Below are positions 31,147 to 41,281 of a stretch of DNA of 64,000 nt, in pieces. The notes under the pieces are model-generated. The model was given only the letters and a program-made list of their open reading frames with translations. It was not told where the DNA came from and did no database searches. Each line of letters starts with the position of its first letter. Positions within the stretch are counted from its first letter, which is position 1. Source of the stretch: an uncultured Pseudomonadota bacterium (lineage in GTDB: Bacteria; Bacillota; Sulfobacillia; JAUYEF01); assembly GCA_964417635.1 (NCBI GenBank), contig CAYQIY010000005.1:80681-144680 (forward strand), read 5' to 3'. The position numbers were made by a program, and so were the translations under genes.

Positions 31147-31830
31147 ATGACACTGGACATAAGTTTCTGGGAGCTAATGATAAACACGTGGGTTGTTATG
31201 GCGGTTCTGGTAGTCTGCTCTTGGCTGGTATCGAGAAATCTAACAAGTGAAATACACCCGACAGGTCTGCAGAATTGGCTCGAAGCGGTCGTCGAGGCGA
31301 TAGACGGCCAGATCAGAGAGATAAGCGCAGGAGACTCGAAACCGTACCTGGCGTTCATAGGCACTCTGTTCTTGTTCATACTGACCTCTAACGTTCTCGC
31401 CATATTCCCTTCCATGGCGCAGCTGGTTGAAGGGCTGCCGAAGGTGTACCACGCTCCTACTTCAAGCCTCGAGACAACCGCAGCGCTAGCTCTTGCGGTG
31501 TTCTTTGCCGTGCCGCTGTTCAGCATTTCGCGCTACGGACTTAGGCATTATCTGGGCACGTATCTAAAACCCACTCCCATAATGCTGCCGTTTAACATCA
31601 TCGGCGAATTATCCAGGACGTTGGCACTTGCGATGAGGCTCTTTGGTAACATGATGAGCGGTGTTATCGTGGTTGCCATCGCGATTAGCATCGCGCCGCT
31701 TGTGTTTCCCGTGGTGCTTCAACTGTTCGGACTTTTGACAGGCAGTATACAGGCTTACATATTCGCGGTTCTTGCGATGGTTTATATAGCATCGGCCAGC
31801 AAGACTCAACAGAAAGCAGGAGGTAAATGA
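31147..31830 (+). CDS. atpB: N-type ATPase subunit a
   Basis: SRTLALAMRLFGNMMSG with the essential Arg; IQAYIFAVLAMVY; ATG 31147 after GGAGG. Confidence 0.93.
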   Translation: MTLDISFWELMINTWVVMAVLVVCSWLVSRNLTSEIHPTGLQNWLEAVVEAIDGQIREISAGDSKPYLAFIGTLFLFILTSNVLAIFPSMAQLVEGLPKVYHAPTSSLETTAALALAVFFAVPLFSISRYGLRHYLGTYLKPTPIMLPFNIIGELSRTLALAMRLFGNMMSGVIVVAIAISIAPLVFPVVLQLFGLLTGSIQAYIFAVLAMVYIASASKTQQKAGGK

Positions 31831-32111
31831 TGACAATGGACCTGGTGATAATCGGCGCGGTGTCGATGGTTGTGGCAGGCCTGACTATTGCCATCGGCTC
31901 AATAGGGCCCGCACTCGGCCAGGGTAGAGCGGTAAGCCAGGCGCTGGCTTCGATCGCTCAGCAACCCGATTCGGCAAATACCATCACGCGTACTCTGTTT
32001 GTGGGGCTCGCGATGATCGAATCCACCGCCATTTATTGCTTCGTTGTTACCATGATCTTGTTGTTCATAAACCCTTTCTGGCGTTTTTTCGCCGAAAGGC
32101 TTGGTGGTTAG
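31827..32111 (+). CDS. atpE: N-type ATPase subunit c, Na+-binding signature
   Basis: GPALGQG...QQP...IESTAIY; Q32, E65, S66, T67, Y70 counted from 31827. Confidence 0.95.
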   Translation: MMTMDLVIIGAVSMVVAGLTIAIGSIGPALGQGRAVSQALASIAQQPDSANTITRTLFVGLAMIESTAIYCFVVTMILLFINPFWRFFAERLGG

Positions 32112-32115
32112 GCAC

Positions 32116-32889
32116 ATGACACTTGACTGGGTTAGGATAGTCGCGCAGCTGCTTAACTTCGTGCTGCTGCTGTGGCTGTTGAGAAAGTTCTTGTTCGCGC
32201 CGCTCACCAACATAATGGCCGCCAGAGAAGAGCGCGTCAGAAAAGGCGTGGAACAAGCAGAGCAGCTCCAGCGCCATGCAGAAGAGTTGCAGACGAAGTA
32301 CGAGAGCGAACTCGCCGGACTCGAGGCAGAGAGGCAGAAGATACTCAAAGAAGCGAGTGATGCCGCTGCACAAGTGCGAGATGACCTCATTGAAGACGCA
32401 AGGAAAGAGGCGCGAACTGCCCACACCAACTTTCACGCACAACTCGAAAGAGAAAAGCACGAAATCCAAGACGCTATATCGCGGCAGATCATTGAAAACG
32501 CGTGTGATCTTGCGTCTTTGGTTGTCCGGCAGGTGATGGGTGTACGACTGGCTGACCTTGCAGCAACACGACTCATCGAGCGCATGGCAGACCGCGCTGA
32601 TGACCAGGCCAAACTGAAGAGTTCTCTTGTGTCTGAGCGCGCACCGGTGGTAGTCATCTCGCATGCCGAACTCTCAGACGAGGCAACACGAAACCTCACC
32701 GAGGCAGTATTTGAATTGGCAGGCACACGCGAGCGGAAGATTGAGTTCAGGGTTGACCCAGACCTGCTAGTAGGTGTGAGTATCAGCACCGGCGGTGCGA
32801 CTCTCTCGTGGAATGCGATGGATCAGATAAAGCAGGTGCGCGAGATCTCGCTCGAGAAACTCGCGCTGCCCGGAGGTAATAGCGAGTGA
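32116..32889 (+). CDS. atpF: N-type ATPase subunit b with delta-like C-terminal extension
   Basis: AQLLNFVLLLWLLRKFLFAPL TM, coiled coil, DPDLLVG C-terminal domain. Confidence 0.9.
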   Translation: MTLDWVRIVAQLLNFVLLLWLLRKFLFAPLTNIMAAREERVRKGVEQAEQLQRHAEELQTKYESELAGLEAERQKILKEASDAAAQVRDDLIEDARKEARTAHTNFHAQLEREKHEIQDAISRQIIENACDLASLVVRQVMGVRLADLAATRLIERMADRADDQAKLKSSLVSERAPVVVISHAELSDEATRNLTEAVFELAGTRERKIEFRVDPDLLVGVSISTGGATLSWNAMDQIKQVREISLEKLALPGGNSE

Positions 32890-34400
32890 TACCAGAGGCT
32901 ACACAAAGGGCGTGGCAGGTCTTCGCACAAGCTGCCCGGTCGGTGTCATCGTCTCGGCCGAGGGTGGTTGAAAGCGGCAGAGTGTTGAGCGTCGGCGACG
33001 GTATAGTGAGAGCATCGGGCCTCGAAGAGGTGAAGGCGGGCGAAATCGTGCAGCTCAGCCACAACAGCGTGGCGATGGTGCTAGACCTTTCCGAAGATGG
33101 CGTCGGTGTGATCCTGCTAAACGACGCTCCAAAGATTGAAGCTGGCAGCCCAGTGTTTCGTACGCACAGCGTCGCAGAGGTGCCCGTGGGAGAGCACCTG
33201 CTCGGTCGGATCATAGACCCTGTTGGCCGTCCGCTTGATGCAGGTGCTGCGATCAGTCGGGGACACACGTACCCGATTGAAAGGCTCCCAAGGCCGATTA
33301 CAGATAGAGCGCCGGTCGAGCGTCCGCTGCAGACAGGCGTAAAGAGCATAGACGCCCTGATACCAATCGGAAGAGGACAGCGCCAGCTCATTCTAGGTGA
33401 CAGGCAGACAGGCAAGACGCAGGTCGGAGTAGACACTATCCTAAACCAGCGAGACCAGAACATGCTGTGCGTTTATCTTGCCGTGGGACAGCGTACCGCC
33501 GCAACGGCGCAGGTTGTGCAGGCACTTAGGAAGAACGATGCGCTTCGATATACCGTGGTGATGGTGGCAGGAGCATCAAGCCCTGCGGGACTCAGATATC
33601 TCGCGCCTTACGCTGCAACTTCGGTGGGCGAATACTTCATGGAGCACGGGCAGGATGTGCTCGTGGTGTATGACGATTTGAGCAAGCACGCAGACACCTA
33701 CCGGGAGATGTCGCTTCTTCTCAGAAGACCACCGGGACGAGAGGCTTTCCCTGGAGACATATTCTATGTACATTCCCGGCTGCTTGAACGAGCCACGCAA
33801 CTACGTCCAGAACTAGGAGGCGGTTCGCTGACCGCGTTGCCAATCGTGGAGACGCAGGCGCAGAATCTGTCTGCGTACATACCGACAAACATAATATCCA
33901 TTACCGATGGTCAGGTATACCTTGACCCTGTCATGTACAGCCAGGGGTTGCTGCCTGCAGTCGACATTGGGCTTTCTGTGTCACGAGTCGGAGGCAAAGC
34001 GCAGCTTCCTGCATACGGTGCAGTATCGGGGAGGCTCAGACTGGCATACAGCCAGTTCAGAGAGCTAGAGATGTTCGCAAGGTTTAGCACAAGGCTTGAC
34101 GCATCTTCACAGCGCGCGATAGACAGAGGCCGCAGGCTCCGCGAGATCTTGAAGCAAAACCTCAACTCGCCTTGCAGTGTGCCGGAGCAAATAGCGGTAC
34201 TGCTCGCCGTGGCTGAGGGAGTCTTTGACAAACTGGCTGTCGAAAAAGTGGCTTTAGCAGAGCAAACCATAAGACAGCAGGTTACGGCAGACTCCGAATC
34301 GTTTGCAGACATAACCCGGAAGCGAAAACCACTTGACGACGATATGAAGAACAGACTGCTCGACTTAGCGCGAAAAGCCGTGGACTCCCTGGAGACTTAG
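32886..34400 (+). CDS. atpA: N-type ATPase subunit alpha
   Basis: GRGQRQLILGDRQTGKT; RRPPGREAFPGDIFY; SVSRVGG. Confidence 0.95.
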   Translation: MIPEATQRAWQVFAQAARSVSSSRPRVVESGRVLSVGDGIVRASGLEEVKAGEIVQLSHNSVAMVLDLSEDGVGVILLNDAPKIEAGSPVFRTHSVAEVPVGEHLLGRIIDPVGRPLDAGAAISRGHTYPIERLPRPITDRAPVERPLQTGVKSIDALIPIGRGQRQLILGDRQTGKTQVGVDTILNQRDQNMLCVYLAVGQRTAATAQVVQALRKNDALRYTVVMVAGASSPAGLRYLAPYAATSVGEYFMEHGQDVLVVYDDLSKHADTYREMSLLLRRPPGREAFPGDIFYVHSRLLERATQLRPELGGGSLTALPIVETQAQNLSAYIPTNIISITDGQVYLDPVMYSQGLLPAVDIGLSVSRVGGKAQLPAYGAVSGRLRLAYSQFRELEMFARFSTRLDASSQRAIDRGRRLREILKQNLNSPCSVPEQIAVLLAVAEGVFDKLAVEKVALAEQTIRQQVTADSESFADITRKRKPLDDDMKNRLLDLARKAVDSLET

Positions 34401-34404
34401 CACC

Positions 34405-35304
34405 ATGCAGACGATAGCAGAGATAGAATCGAAGATACGTACAGCTGAGAGTCTTGAATCCATAGTGCGAACCGTGCGCACTCTCGCGATGGTGAATCTG
34501 CGTCGTTTCGAGAGTGCTGTGTCGGTGTTGGAGCAATACTGCCGCAACGTTCGCATCGCCATGTCTGTCTGTCTTAGAGCGATGCAGCAGGAGCAGTTTG
34601 ACACGCAGGTCGCAGAGCGTGGAGAGCTGGCCGGAATTGCGTTGCTCCTGGGTTCAGACCAAGGGTTGTGCGGTCAGTTCAACGACAGGGTAGAACAGCA
34701 CGCGCGAGAAGTGCTGAGCGATGGTTCGTGGTCGCTGCTCATCATGGGCAGGCGTCTTGGTGAGCACATGCTTAGTTCAGGATATACTGTGCTCGGTGTG
34801 TTAGATGCGCCGGTGAACGTCGATAGCATAGTGGTACAGGCGCAGCGGCTGCTTTCCGAGATAGAAGAACTCAGAAATCGAGGGAGGTGTGCCAGGCTAA
34901 CCCTGGTGCACAACGAATATCTCACGGGCCTCCAGTACAAAGAGACAAGTTTTGACCTGTTGCCGTTTAAGCCTTCGGAACTGATGCACATGCCCGAGGA
35001 CGAACCAGGCTTCAGCACACTTCCGCAGATCTCGGTAGACCCGCACGAACTCATTGTGCATCTTCTGCCTGAGTACCTTTTGTCTCAGGTGGCGAGAGCG
35101 ATAGGCGAGTCGATGGCGAGCGAAAACGCCGCGCGGCTGCTTGCGATGGAGGGTGCTTCGCGCAATATAGAGGAGCGTGTCTCCGAACTGATGGCCGAAT
35201 ACCACCGCAGACGTCAAGAAGAAATAACTGTTGAGCTCGCAGATGTGCTAACGGGCGCAAGCGCGATCACCGACTCCAATCCCAAAAGCAAAGCAACTAC
35301 CTAG
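34405..35304 (+). CDS. atpG: N-type ATPase subunit gamma
   Basis: SDQGLCGQFN; ASENAARLLAM; RQEEITVEL. Confidence 0.92.
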   Translation: MQTIAEIESKIRTAESLESIVRTVRTLAMVNLRRFESAVSVLEQYCRNVRIAMSVCLRAMQQEQFDTQVAERGELAGIALLLGSDQGLCGQFNDRVEQHAREVLSDGSWSLLIMGRRLGEHMLSSGYTVLGVLDAPVNVDSIVVQAQRLLSEIEELRNRGRCARLTLVHNEYLTGLQYKETSFDLLPFKPSELMHMPEDEPGFSTLPQISVDPHELIVHLLPEYLLSQVARAIGESMASENAARLLAMEGASRNIEERVSELMAEYHRRRQEEITVELADVLTGASAITDSNPKSKATT

Positions 35305-36194
35305 GTATTGAAGAACTTTCGTTCAAGATTAGGTACGCCGCCAAAACGCGCGATTGCTAAGTTAACAAGAAGAAGTGCAAGCATACCGGCAAGGCCTGTC
35401 ATTCCCGTGGTAAACCGAGAACCGCCTTCGAGCACCATGATGGGTATGCCAGCCACTCCGTTTATGACTCCGTGCATCGCGGCCGCGGCAACCACAGAAT
35501 TCGCTTTGAGACACACGTACGACAGAACCGGGGACATCAGCACTGAAAGAAGCACCATCATAAACACACCTGCTGCAGGATTCTCAGGGTAGTTGTGTCC
35601 CTGCAGTATCGCGGGTGCGTGCCAAATGCCCCACACCACGCCGGTTATTGCGGAGCACTTCCAAAAGCCCATAGGCATCAGCTCTTTGAGCATGAAGCCA
35701 CGCCAGCCGAATTCCTCTCCGAATGCAAAGAGCGCGTTGATGCTAAAACCCGCCAGAATCCCGCCCACAAGGCTCGTCCAGAAAGGATGTACAGGAAGAG
35801 CTTCCATCTGCTGCCTCATCAGCACCAGTTCCTCGGGCGAGTACAAGTCTGCGCTTCTTCGCAAGATATCGTCTGTGCTGTAGGACAAGATTGTGCCAGG
35901 GATGAGCGTGCTAAAGCCGATGGACAACAGCAGCAGTGCCACAGGGATTATGGCCGCGAGCAAGAACCAACGATTTAGCCTGATGTTCACCCAGAACGGC
36001 ACTAGCGCCGACTCGCGGTATATTGCAACCTGCACAAGCAGTGTCACGGCAAGTGGCATGAACATGTATAGGCTTGCGGGGAGTATCGACCAGGTGCCTC
36101 CGAGCGCCAAGTACGCTCTGAGTCCGGCGAAACTCAGCAGCCACACCAGCCCAACATACAGCAGCACTTTTCTCACGTTTACCTTAGTCTGCAA
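35301..36194 (-). CDS. CPBP (CAAX protease/Abi) family intramembrane metalloprotease
   Basis: GEEFGWRGF, WGIWH, AMHGVIN motifs; multiple TM segments. Confidence 0.9.
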   Translation of the reverse strand: MQTKVNVRKVLLYVGLVWLLSFAGLRAYLALGGTWSILPASLYMFMPLAVTLLVQVAIYRESALVPFWVNIRLNRWFLLAAIIPVALLLLSIGFSTLIPGTILSYSTDDILRRSADLYSPEELVLMRQQMEALPVHPFWTSLVGGILAGFSINALFAFGEEFGWRGFMLKELMPMGFWKCSAITGVVWGIWHAPAILQGHNYPENPAAGVFMMVLLSVLMSPVLSYVCLKANSVVAAAAMHGVINGVAGIPIMVLEGGSRFTTGMTGLAGMLALLLVNLAIARFGGVPNLERKFFNT

Positions 36195-36339
36195 TCTGTC
36201 GCCTCCTCGTTGTTATGCGCATGAGGACAACTAATATTTAATGCTTGGAGACGGTTTTGTCAACGTACACCTTATTATGCAGGAACCGAGGCTGTGTGAA
36301 CAGAACTTGTGTTTCTAGTCACGACGGTGGTGGATATAG

Positions 36340-36750
36340 GTGCGAGTAGCGGTTGTGGACGGCCAGGGCGGAGGCATTGGAAAACTCATAGTAGCGAGGC
36401 TCAAGAAGAGCCTGCCTGATGTACACGTCATTGCGCTTGGAACAAATGCGTTGGCCACACTCGCAATGCTGAAAGCTGGTGCCGACCAGGGGGCTACCGG
36501 GGAAAACGCGATACGGGTTACCGTCGCAGAGGTTGATGTTGTCGCAGGTTGTCTGGGGATAGTGCTCGCAAACTCTATGTTGGGCGAACTCACTACCCAG
36601 ATGGCAGAAGCGATATCCTCGACGAAGGCGAAGAAGATCCTGTTGCCCATAAACCGCTGTGGCGTTGACATCATAGGCGTAGATGTTTCCGAGCCACTGC
36701 CGGCGATGATCGACGCTCTGGTGGAACAAGTAGCGGTATTGCTGAACTGA
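36340..36750 (+). CDS. DUF3842-family protein
   Basis: VVDGQGGGIG...ALGTNALAT.AMLKAGA..GATGENA...NSMLGE motifs. Confidence 0.8.
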   Translation: MRVAVVDGQGGGIGKLIVARLKKSLPDVHVIALGTNALATLAMLKAGADQGATGENAIRVTVAEVDVVAGCLGIVLANSMLGELTTQMAEAISSTKAKKILLPINRCGVDIIGVDVSEPLPAMIDALVEQVAVLLN

Positions 36751-36770
36751 TAGCGTAAACCTGTTTGTAT

Positions 36771-36829
36771 ATGGACCACGAAGGTCTGCCGACGGCGAGA
36801 ACGCCGGTTTAGATCTAGGTCCATTTTTT
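36771..36829 (+). terminator. Terminator/attenuator-like stem-loop immediately upstream of the ECF S-component gene
   Basis: ATGGACC/GGTCCAT, AGGTCT/AGATCT and CGGCG-AGAA-CGCCG nested stems followed by a T6 run. Confidence 0.5.
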
Positions 36830-36846
36830 GCTGAGAGGAGAGAGTT

Positions 36847-37377
36847 GTGTTGAAACTGAACCCAGTACGCCAAGTAGTGTTTGCAGGTGTGTTTATCGGG
36901 ATGGGAGTGTTGCTTCCCATGGCATTTCACGCTTTTGGGCTCGGAAGAACTTTCTTGCCCATGCACATCCCAGTGCTTGTTGCAGGGCTGCTGTGCGGCC
37001 CTGTGTGTGGCTTGATGACAGGTCTGGTGACGCCGCTTCTGAGTTCGGTGCTGACTGGTATGCCTCCAATGGCGCCTATGCCGACGGCTCAGATGATGGT
37101 GTTCGAGCTTGGTGCTTACGGGCTTTTGGCGGGTGTCTTAAGCCAGACGGCCAGACTAGAAATCATACCCTCGCTCATAGGCGCGATGATCGGTGGGCGG
37201 CTGGTGTACGGCGCGCTCGGCGCGTTGGTGCTCCCCTTGCTCGGATTCAACCAGATCCCGCTGTTGTATCCAGTGACGGCAGGCCTTGTAACAGGGATTC
37301 CGGGTGTGCTGCTGCAGCTGGTGGTTGTGCCGCCCGCAGTCAGGCTGCTGCAAAACGCGCTCAAGAACCGGAACTAG
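36847..37377 (+). CDS. ECF transporter S component
   Basis: LPMHIPVLVAGLLCGP...P.LS...TGMP...M.FEL..YG motifs; 5-6 TM segments, about 176 aa. Confidence 0.85.
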   Translation: MLKLNPVRQVVFAGVFIGMGVLLPMAFHAFGLGRTFLPMHIPVLVAGLLCGPVCGLMTGLVTPLLSSVLTGMPPMAPMPTAQMMVFELGAYGLLAGVLSQTARLEIIPSLIGAMIGGRLVYGALGALVLPLLGFNQIPLLYPVTAGLVTGIPGVLLQLVVVPPAVRLLQNALKNRN

Positions 37378-37445
37378 ATTTTGGCGGGAAAAGTGCGGCG
37401 CGCGTAGAAGATGACCACATCTTCACAATATTGAGGAGGGATTGT

Positions 37446-39191
37446 GTGACGTTCGATGTGCTCATAAGAGGTGGGGAAATCATCGACGGTAGAGGCACAC
37501 CGCGGAAGAAGGCTGACGTCGGCATAAAGGGCGATACGATCGTCATGCTTGGCGACCTAGCCGAGCATACAGCCGTAGAAGTCGTAGACGCCACATCGCT
37601 TGTGGTGGCTCCGGGGTTCATCGACATGCATTCGCATTCGGACGCTACCGTTTTGCACTATCCTGCGGGTGAGAGCTCTTGCGGCCAGGGCATCACTACT
37701 AGCGTGGGCGGGCAGTGTGGCGGCTCGCCAGCGCCTCTTACGAAGTATGCGAATGTGGGCATGTGGGGAGCCAACTGGAGAGACAAGATAGCGCCTTATA
37801 AGTACTACGCTGAAAGCGCAGTAGAGTACGAGACGGTGAAGCAGGCTGCGAAGAAGTACGAGAACTTCGAGCTTGACTGGCACACGTTCGGCGAATGGCT
37901 TTCCCGAGTTGAGAACGCAAAGCCCGGGATAAACCTTGTACCGCTCGTCGGGCACGGCACGATACGCATGGCGGTCATGGGAAGAGACACCAAACGCCAT
38001 GCTACAGCAGAAGAGATATCTGAGATGAAGCGTCTTGTGAGGCAGAGCATCGAAGAGGGCGCGCAGGGTGTCTCCACAGGTATGGATTACCCGCCAGGCG
38101 TTTTTGCCTCCCATGAAGAGTTCTGCGAAATCATAACAGAGGCGGCCAAGTGCGGAGGGTTCTTCTCGCCACACTGGCGAAGGACAGGTCTCAGGCAGGG
38201 TTTCGGTAACCCTGGGCTGATAAACGGCCTACGCGAGGCGCTCGACGTCGCCAAGAGGAGCGGTGCAAAGACACAGGTGGCGCACCTGAGCTCAGGTTAC
38301 CAAGTGTCTCCGCACGCAACTCCACGGCTTGCAACTGTCGCAGCCGAAGAGACTCTGCTCGACATAGATGAGACGATAGACTCTGGAGTGGATCTTGCGT
38401 TTGACGTGATCCCGAATCATGTGACCGGCGGCACGATGCACCAGAAATACCTGGCCTCAACGCTTACGCCGTGGTTCCGCGAGGCGGGCTCCTTTGAGCA
38501 ATTCGCCCAGAACCTGAGAGCACCCGATCTGCGCAGCGAGATCAAGCAGTACATAATGTCCGGAAAGTGGTATCCGCTGAACCCGAACCTGCAACCCGGG
38601 TGGGCCAGCGGCCACATGGTGGACAGAAGCGCAGTTGCGGAGTTTTCGGGTAAGTGCATAGCCGAGATTGCCAGGATGCGAGGAGTTGACCCCCTGGACG
38701 CGCTTATGGACGTGATAGTTGAAGACCCACGCGCATGTGGCGGAATGAGAAAGCCGTACGCGTTTGACGAGGCACTCAGAGTATTCTACAGTCACCCGAT
38801 GGCGATGGTGGGAATTGACACCACGCTTGTTGACAAGAGCTTCGAGATGACTGTGCCGCCGTACATGTATCCTAACTTGAACACGTTTGGAGGAGTCAGC
38901 AGGTTCATAAGGCTGTATGCAATGGGCCACCTGGGACTCGAAGAAGGCATAAGGCGGCTCACAAGCCTTCCGGCGGAAAGGCTCGGGCTTAGTGACCGTG
39001 GAGTTATTGAACCCAACATGAAGGCAGATCTGGTGGTGTTCAAACCCGAAGCGGTAGAAGAGTGCGAAGATGTGACAGATCCCATGCAATACCCGAAAGG
39101 CTATTCCTGGGTGTTCGTAAACGGTGTTGCGGCAATGCGCAACGGTGTTCTGACTCACTCGAGAAGTGGCCAGGTGCTTCGCAAGAAGTAG
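37446..39191 (+). CDS. N-acyl-D-amino-acid deacylase (D-aminoacylase, amidohydrolase family)
   Basis: GTG 37446 after GAGGAGG; FDVLIRGGEIIDG; PGFIDMHSHSD; GQCG; LTSLPAERLGLSDRG; ADLVVF. Confidence 0.9.
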   Translation: MTFDVLIRGGEIIDGRGTPRKKADVGIKGDTIVMLGDLAEHTAVEVVDATSLVVAPGFIDMHSHSDATVLHYPAGESSCGQGITTSVGGQCGGSPAPLTKYANVGMWGANWRDKIAPYKYYAESAVEYETVKQAAKKYENFELDWHTFGEWLSRVENAKPGINLVPLVGHGTIRMAVMGRDTKRHATAEEISEMKRLVRQSIEEGAQGVSTGMDYPPGVFASHEEFCEIITEAAKCGGFFSPHWRRTGLRQGFGNPGLINGLREALDVAKRSGAKTQVAHLSSGYQVSPHATPRLATVAAEETLLDIDETIDSGVDLAFDVIPNHVTGGTMHQKYLASTLTPWFREAGSFEQFAQNLRAPDLRSEIKQYIMSGKWYPLNPNLQPGWASGHMVDRSAVAEFSGKCIAEIARMRGVDPLDALMDVIVEDPRACGGMRKPYAFDEALRVFYSHPMAMVGIDTTLVDKSFEMTVPPYMYPNLNTFGGVSRFIRLYAMGHLGLEEGIRRLTSLPAERLGLSDRGVIEPNMKADLVVFKPEAVEECEDVTDPMQYPKGYSWVFVNGVAAMRNGVLTHSRSGQVLRKK

Positions 39192-39203
39192 GCATTTTCT
39201 AGC

Positions 39204-39232
39204 AGGCGGCGCTTGGAGGCGCCGTCTTGTTG
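39204..39232 (+). terminator. Probable terminator
   Basis: AGGCGGCGCTT-GG-AGGCGCCGTCT stem with G-U pairs followed by TGTTG. Confidence 0.5.
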
Positions 39233-39446
39233 TGTAAGCCAAACGTGTGACGCTGTTTTCGCCTACTCACAGAAGGACTTGGGCTCTGTTTGCGGAAACA
39301 CTGCTCTTGCAGGAATTTGTGCGTATGCGTGCCAGAACTCCATTCAAAGCCGCAGATTGGAAAGAGGTTATGACAAGTTGATGGAGGAATCGTGCGTGTT
39401 TTGAGGGTAATTGTGTAGTATGCTTTCTTGATCGAGGAGGATTGAG

Positions 39447-40277
39447 TTGGCCGACTCCGCGCCACGGGTGCTTTTTGTAGCGGGTGCTTCATCAGGGATA
39501 GGACGAGATGTTGCAGAACGGTTTGCGGGTATGGGGTATCATGTTTATGGCGGTTCGCGCCGTGTGGCTGAGTCAGGCGAACTGCACGACGCCCAAAACG
39601 GTGGATTTGCTAAGTTTATGAGACTTGACGTGCGCGATCAGGCTTCGGTGGATGCCGCGGTGAGCTGTGTGATGCAGGCGGAATCGCGTATTGATGGTGT
39701 TGTCATGTGTGCAGGCTATGCTCTAGCCGGAGCCGTCGAAGATACGACTCCAGAAGAAGCATGGGCGCAGTTCGACACCAATTTCTTGGGCGCTTTAAGG
39801 CTATTTCGTGCTGTGCTGCCTAAGATGAGAGAGCAGAAGTCTGGAACGATTGTAGTGATAGGTTCGGTTGCAGGTTTTGTGCCTCTGCCTTTTCAGGCGA
39901 TGTACAGCGCCAGCAAGTACGCACTTGCAGCTATGACCGAATCTCTGCGCATGGAGGTTGAGCCTTTCGGTATCCGCGTGTGTCTTGTTGAGCCTGGTGA
40001 CATAAACACTGGGTTTACGTCGTCGAGAATGTGGGTGTCAAGACCTCTCGCGCAGTCGGCTTATGCAAAGAGGTGCAAACGCGCGGTAGAGAGCATGCAA
40101 AAATCTGAGATGCACGGACTCGGGCCGAAATGTGTCACGGATGTCGTGGTACGTCTCATGCGCCAGAAGCGTCCACCTGTGCGAGTGGTGGTAGGCGTGC
40201 AGTACAAGGCGGTTGCTGTTCTGAAGCGCTTGCTACCTGATGGTGTAGTGCACGCTATACTGAAAAAGCTATACTAG
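39447..40277 (+). CDS. Short-chain dehydrogenase/reductase
   Basis: GASSGIG Rossmann motif; catalytic YSASK; EPG. Confidence 0.92.
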   Translation: MADSAPRVLFVAGASSGIGRDVAERFAGMGYHVYGGSRRVAESGELHDAQNGGFAKFMRLDVRDQASVDAAVSCVMQAESRIDGVVMCAGYALAGAVEDTTPEEAWAQFDTNFLGALRLFRAVLPKMREQKSGTIVVIGSVAGFVPLPFQAMYSASKYALAAMTESLRMEVEPFGIRVCLVEPGDINTGFTSSRMWVSRPLAQSAYAKRCKRAVESMQKSEMHGLGPKCVTDVVVRLMRQKRPPVRVVVGVQYKAVAVLKRLLPDGVVHAILKKLY

Positions 40278-40300
40278 CAGCAGTAACAACAGCAGAAAGG

Positions 40301-41200
40301 GTGGCTTCTTTGAGGCTTGTAACGTTCTACGTACCGGGCAAGGGAAGCGTGCTAGGATGCGAGACTGAATCGGGCATAATAGATCTTCACCACGCCAGCC
40401 GCGGTTCGATACGTTGTTTTGCGGATCTTCTAGCAAAAAGCGATCGGCACGAGATGCTGAAGAGTCTTGTGAAGCAGTATGTAGGTGTAACCTACACCTG
40501 GGAAGACATCGACATAGTCCCTGATTCAACAAAGCCCCACCTATTACGTCCGCTTGATCCCCCCGAGATCTGGGCTGCAGGAGTGACCTACGAGCGAAGC
40601 CGCAAGGCGCGCATGGAAGAAAGCGGCTACACCGATTTCTATGATATGGTGTACCGTGCAGAGAGGCCTGAACTGTTTTTCAAAGACAGCGGAATCCGAA
40701 CGAGTGGCCCAAACCAGTGCATTGGTGTACGCGAAGACTCGCACTGGATGGTTCCCGAGCCAGAACTCGGGCTTGTAATAGGAAAAGAACTTGAGATAAT
40801 TGGATACACCGTAGGAAACGACGTGAGTTCTAGGGATATAGAGGGCGCTAATCCACTCTACCTTCCTCAGGCCAAGATTTTCCAGGGCTGTTGCGCGATA
40901 GGGCCTGCTGTGGTTCTCAAAGAGCACATCAATGATCCGTACGATCTAACGATTGTGTGTGAGATCTTCCGTGAAGGCGAGCGTGTTTTTGAGGGCAGCA
41001 CGTCTACGAGCAGTTTTGCACGCAAGTTCGATGAGCTTGTGAAATGGCTCGGCGTGAGCAACCCGGTGCTGCCAGGAACAGTGCTTCTAACCGGCACGAG
41101 TATCGTGCCGCCCGACGAGTTCAGTCTTAAGCCGAATGATACAGTTGAGATAACGATTGAGCCAATAGGCCGGCTCAGGAATTATGTGTTAGCCCCATAG
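40301..41200 (+). CDS. Fumarylacetoacetate hydrolase family protein (KdaD/XylX-like dehydratase subgroup)
   Basis: AAGVTYERSR, RPELFFK, PEPEL, GNDVSSRDIEGANPLYLPQAK, LLTGT. Confidence 0.88.
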   Translation: MASLRLVTFYVPGKGSVLGCETESGIIDLHHASRGSIRCFADLLAKSDRHEMLKSLVKQYVGVTYTWEDIDIVPDSTKPHLLRPLDPPEIWAAGVTYERSRKARMEESGYTDFYDMVYRAERPELFFKDSGIRTSGPNQCIGVREDSHWMVPEPELGLVIGKELEIIGYTVGNDVSSRDIEGANPLYLPQAKIFQGCCAIGPAVVLKEHINDPYDLTIVCEIFREGERVFEGSTSTSSFARKFDELVKWLGVSNPVLPGTVLLTGTSIVPPDEFSLKPNDTVEITIEPIGRLRNYVLAP

Positions 41201-41281
41201 GCGAACACCGGCAAGGGGCTTCTGGCAGTTTTGCCCGGAGCCCAAACGGTCGTTTCTATTCTAAGTCAAGAGGTGATATGA

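Noticed and set aside
36828-37445. 206-aa N-terminal extension of the 787-aa ORF
   Set aside because: It overlaps the ECF S-component gene in another frame; the aminoacylase begins at GTG 37446 with a strong RBS.
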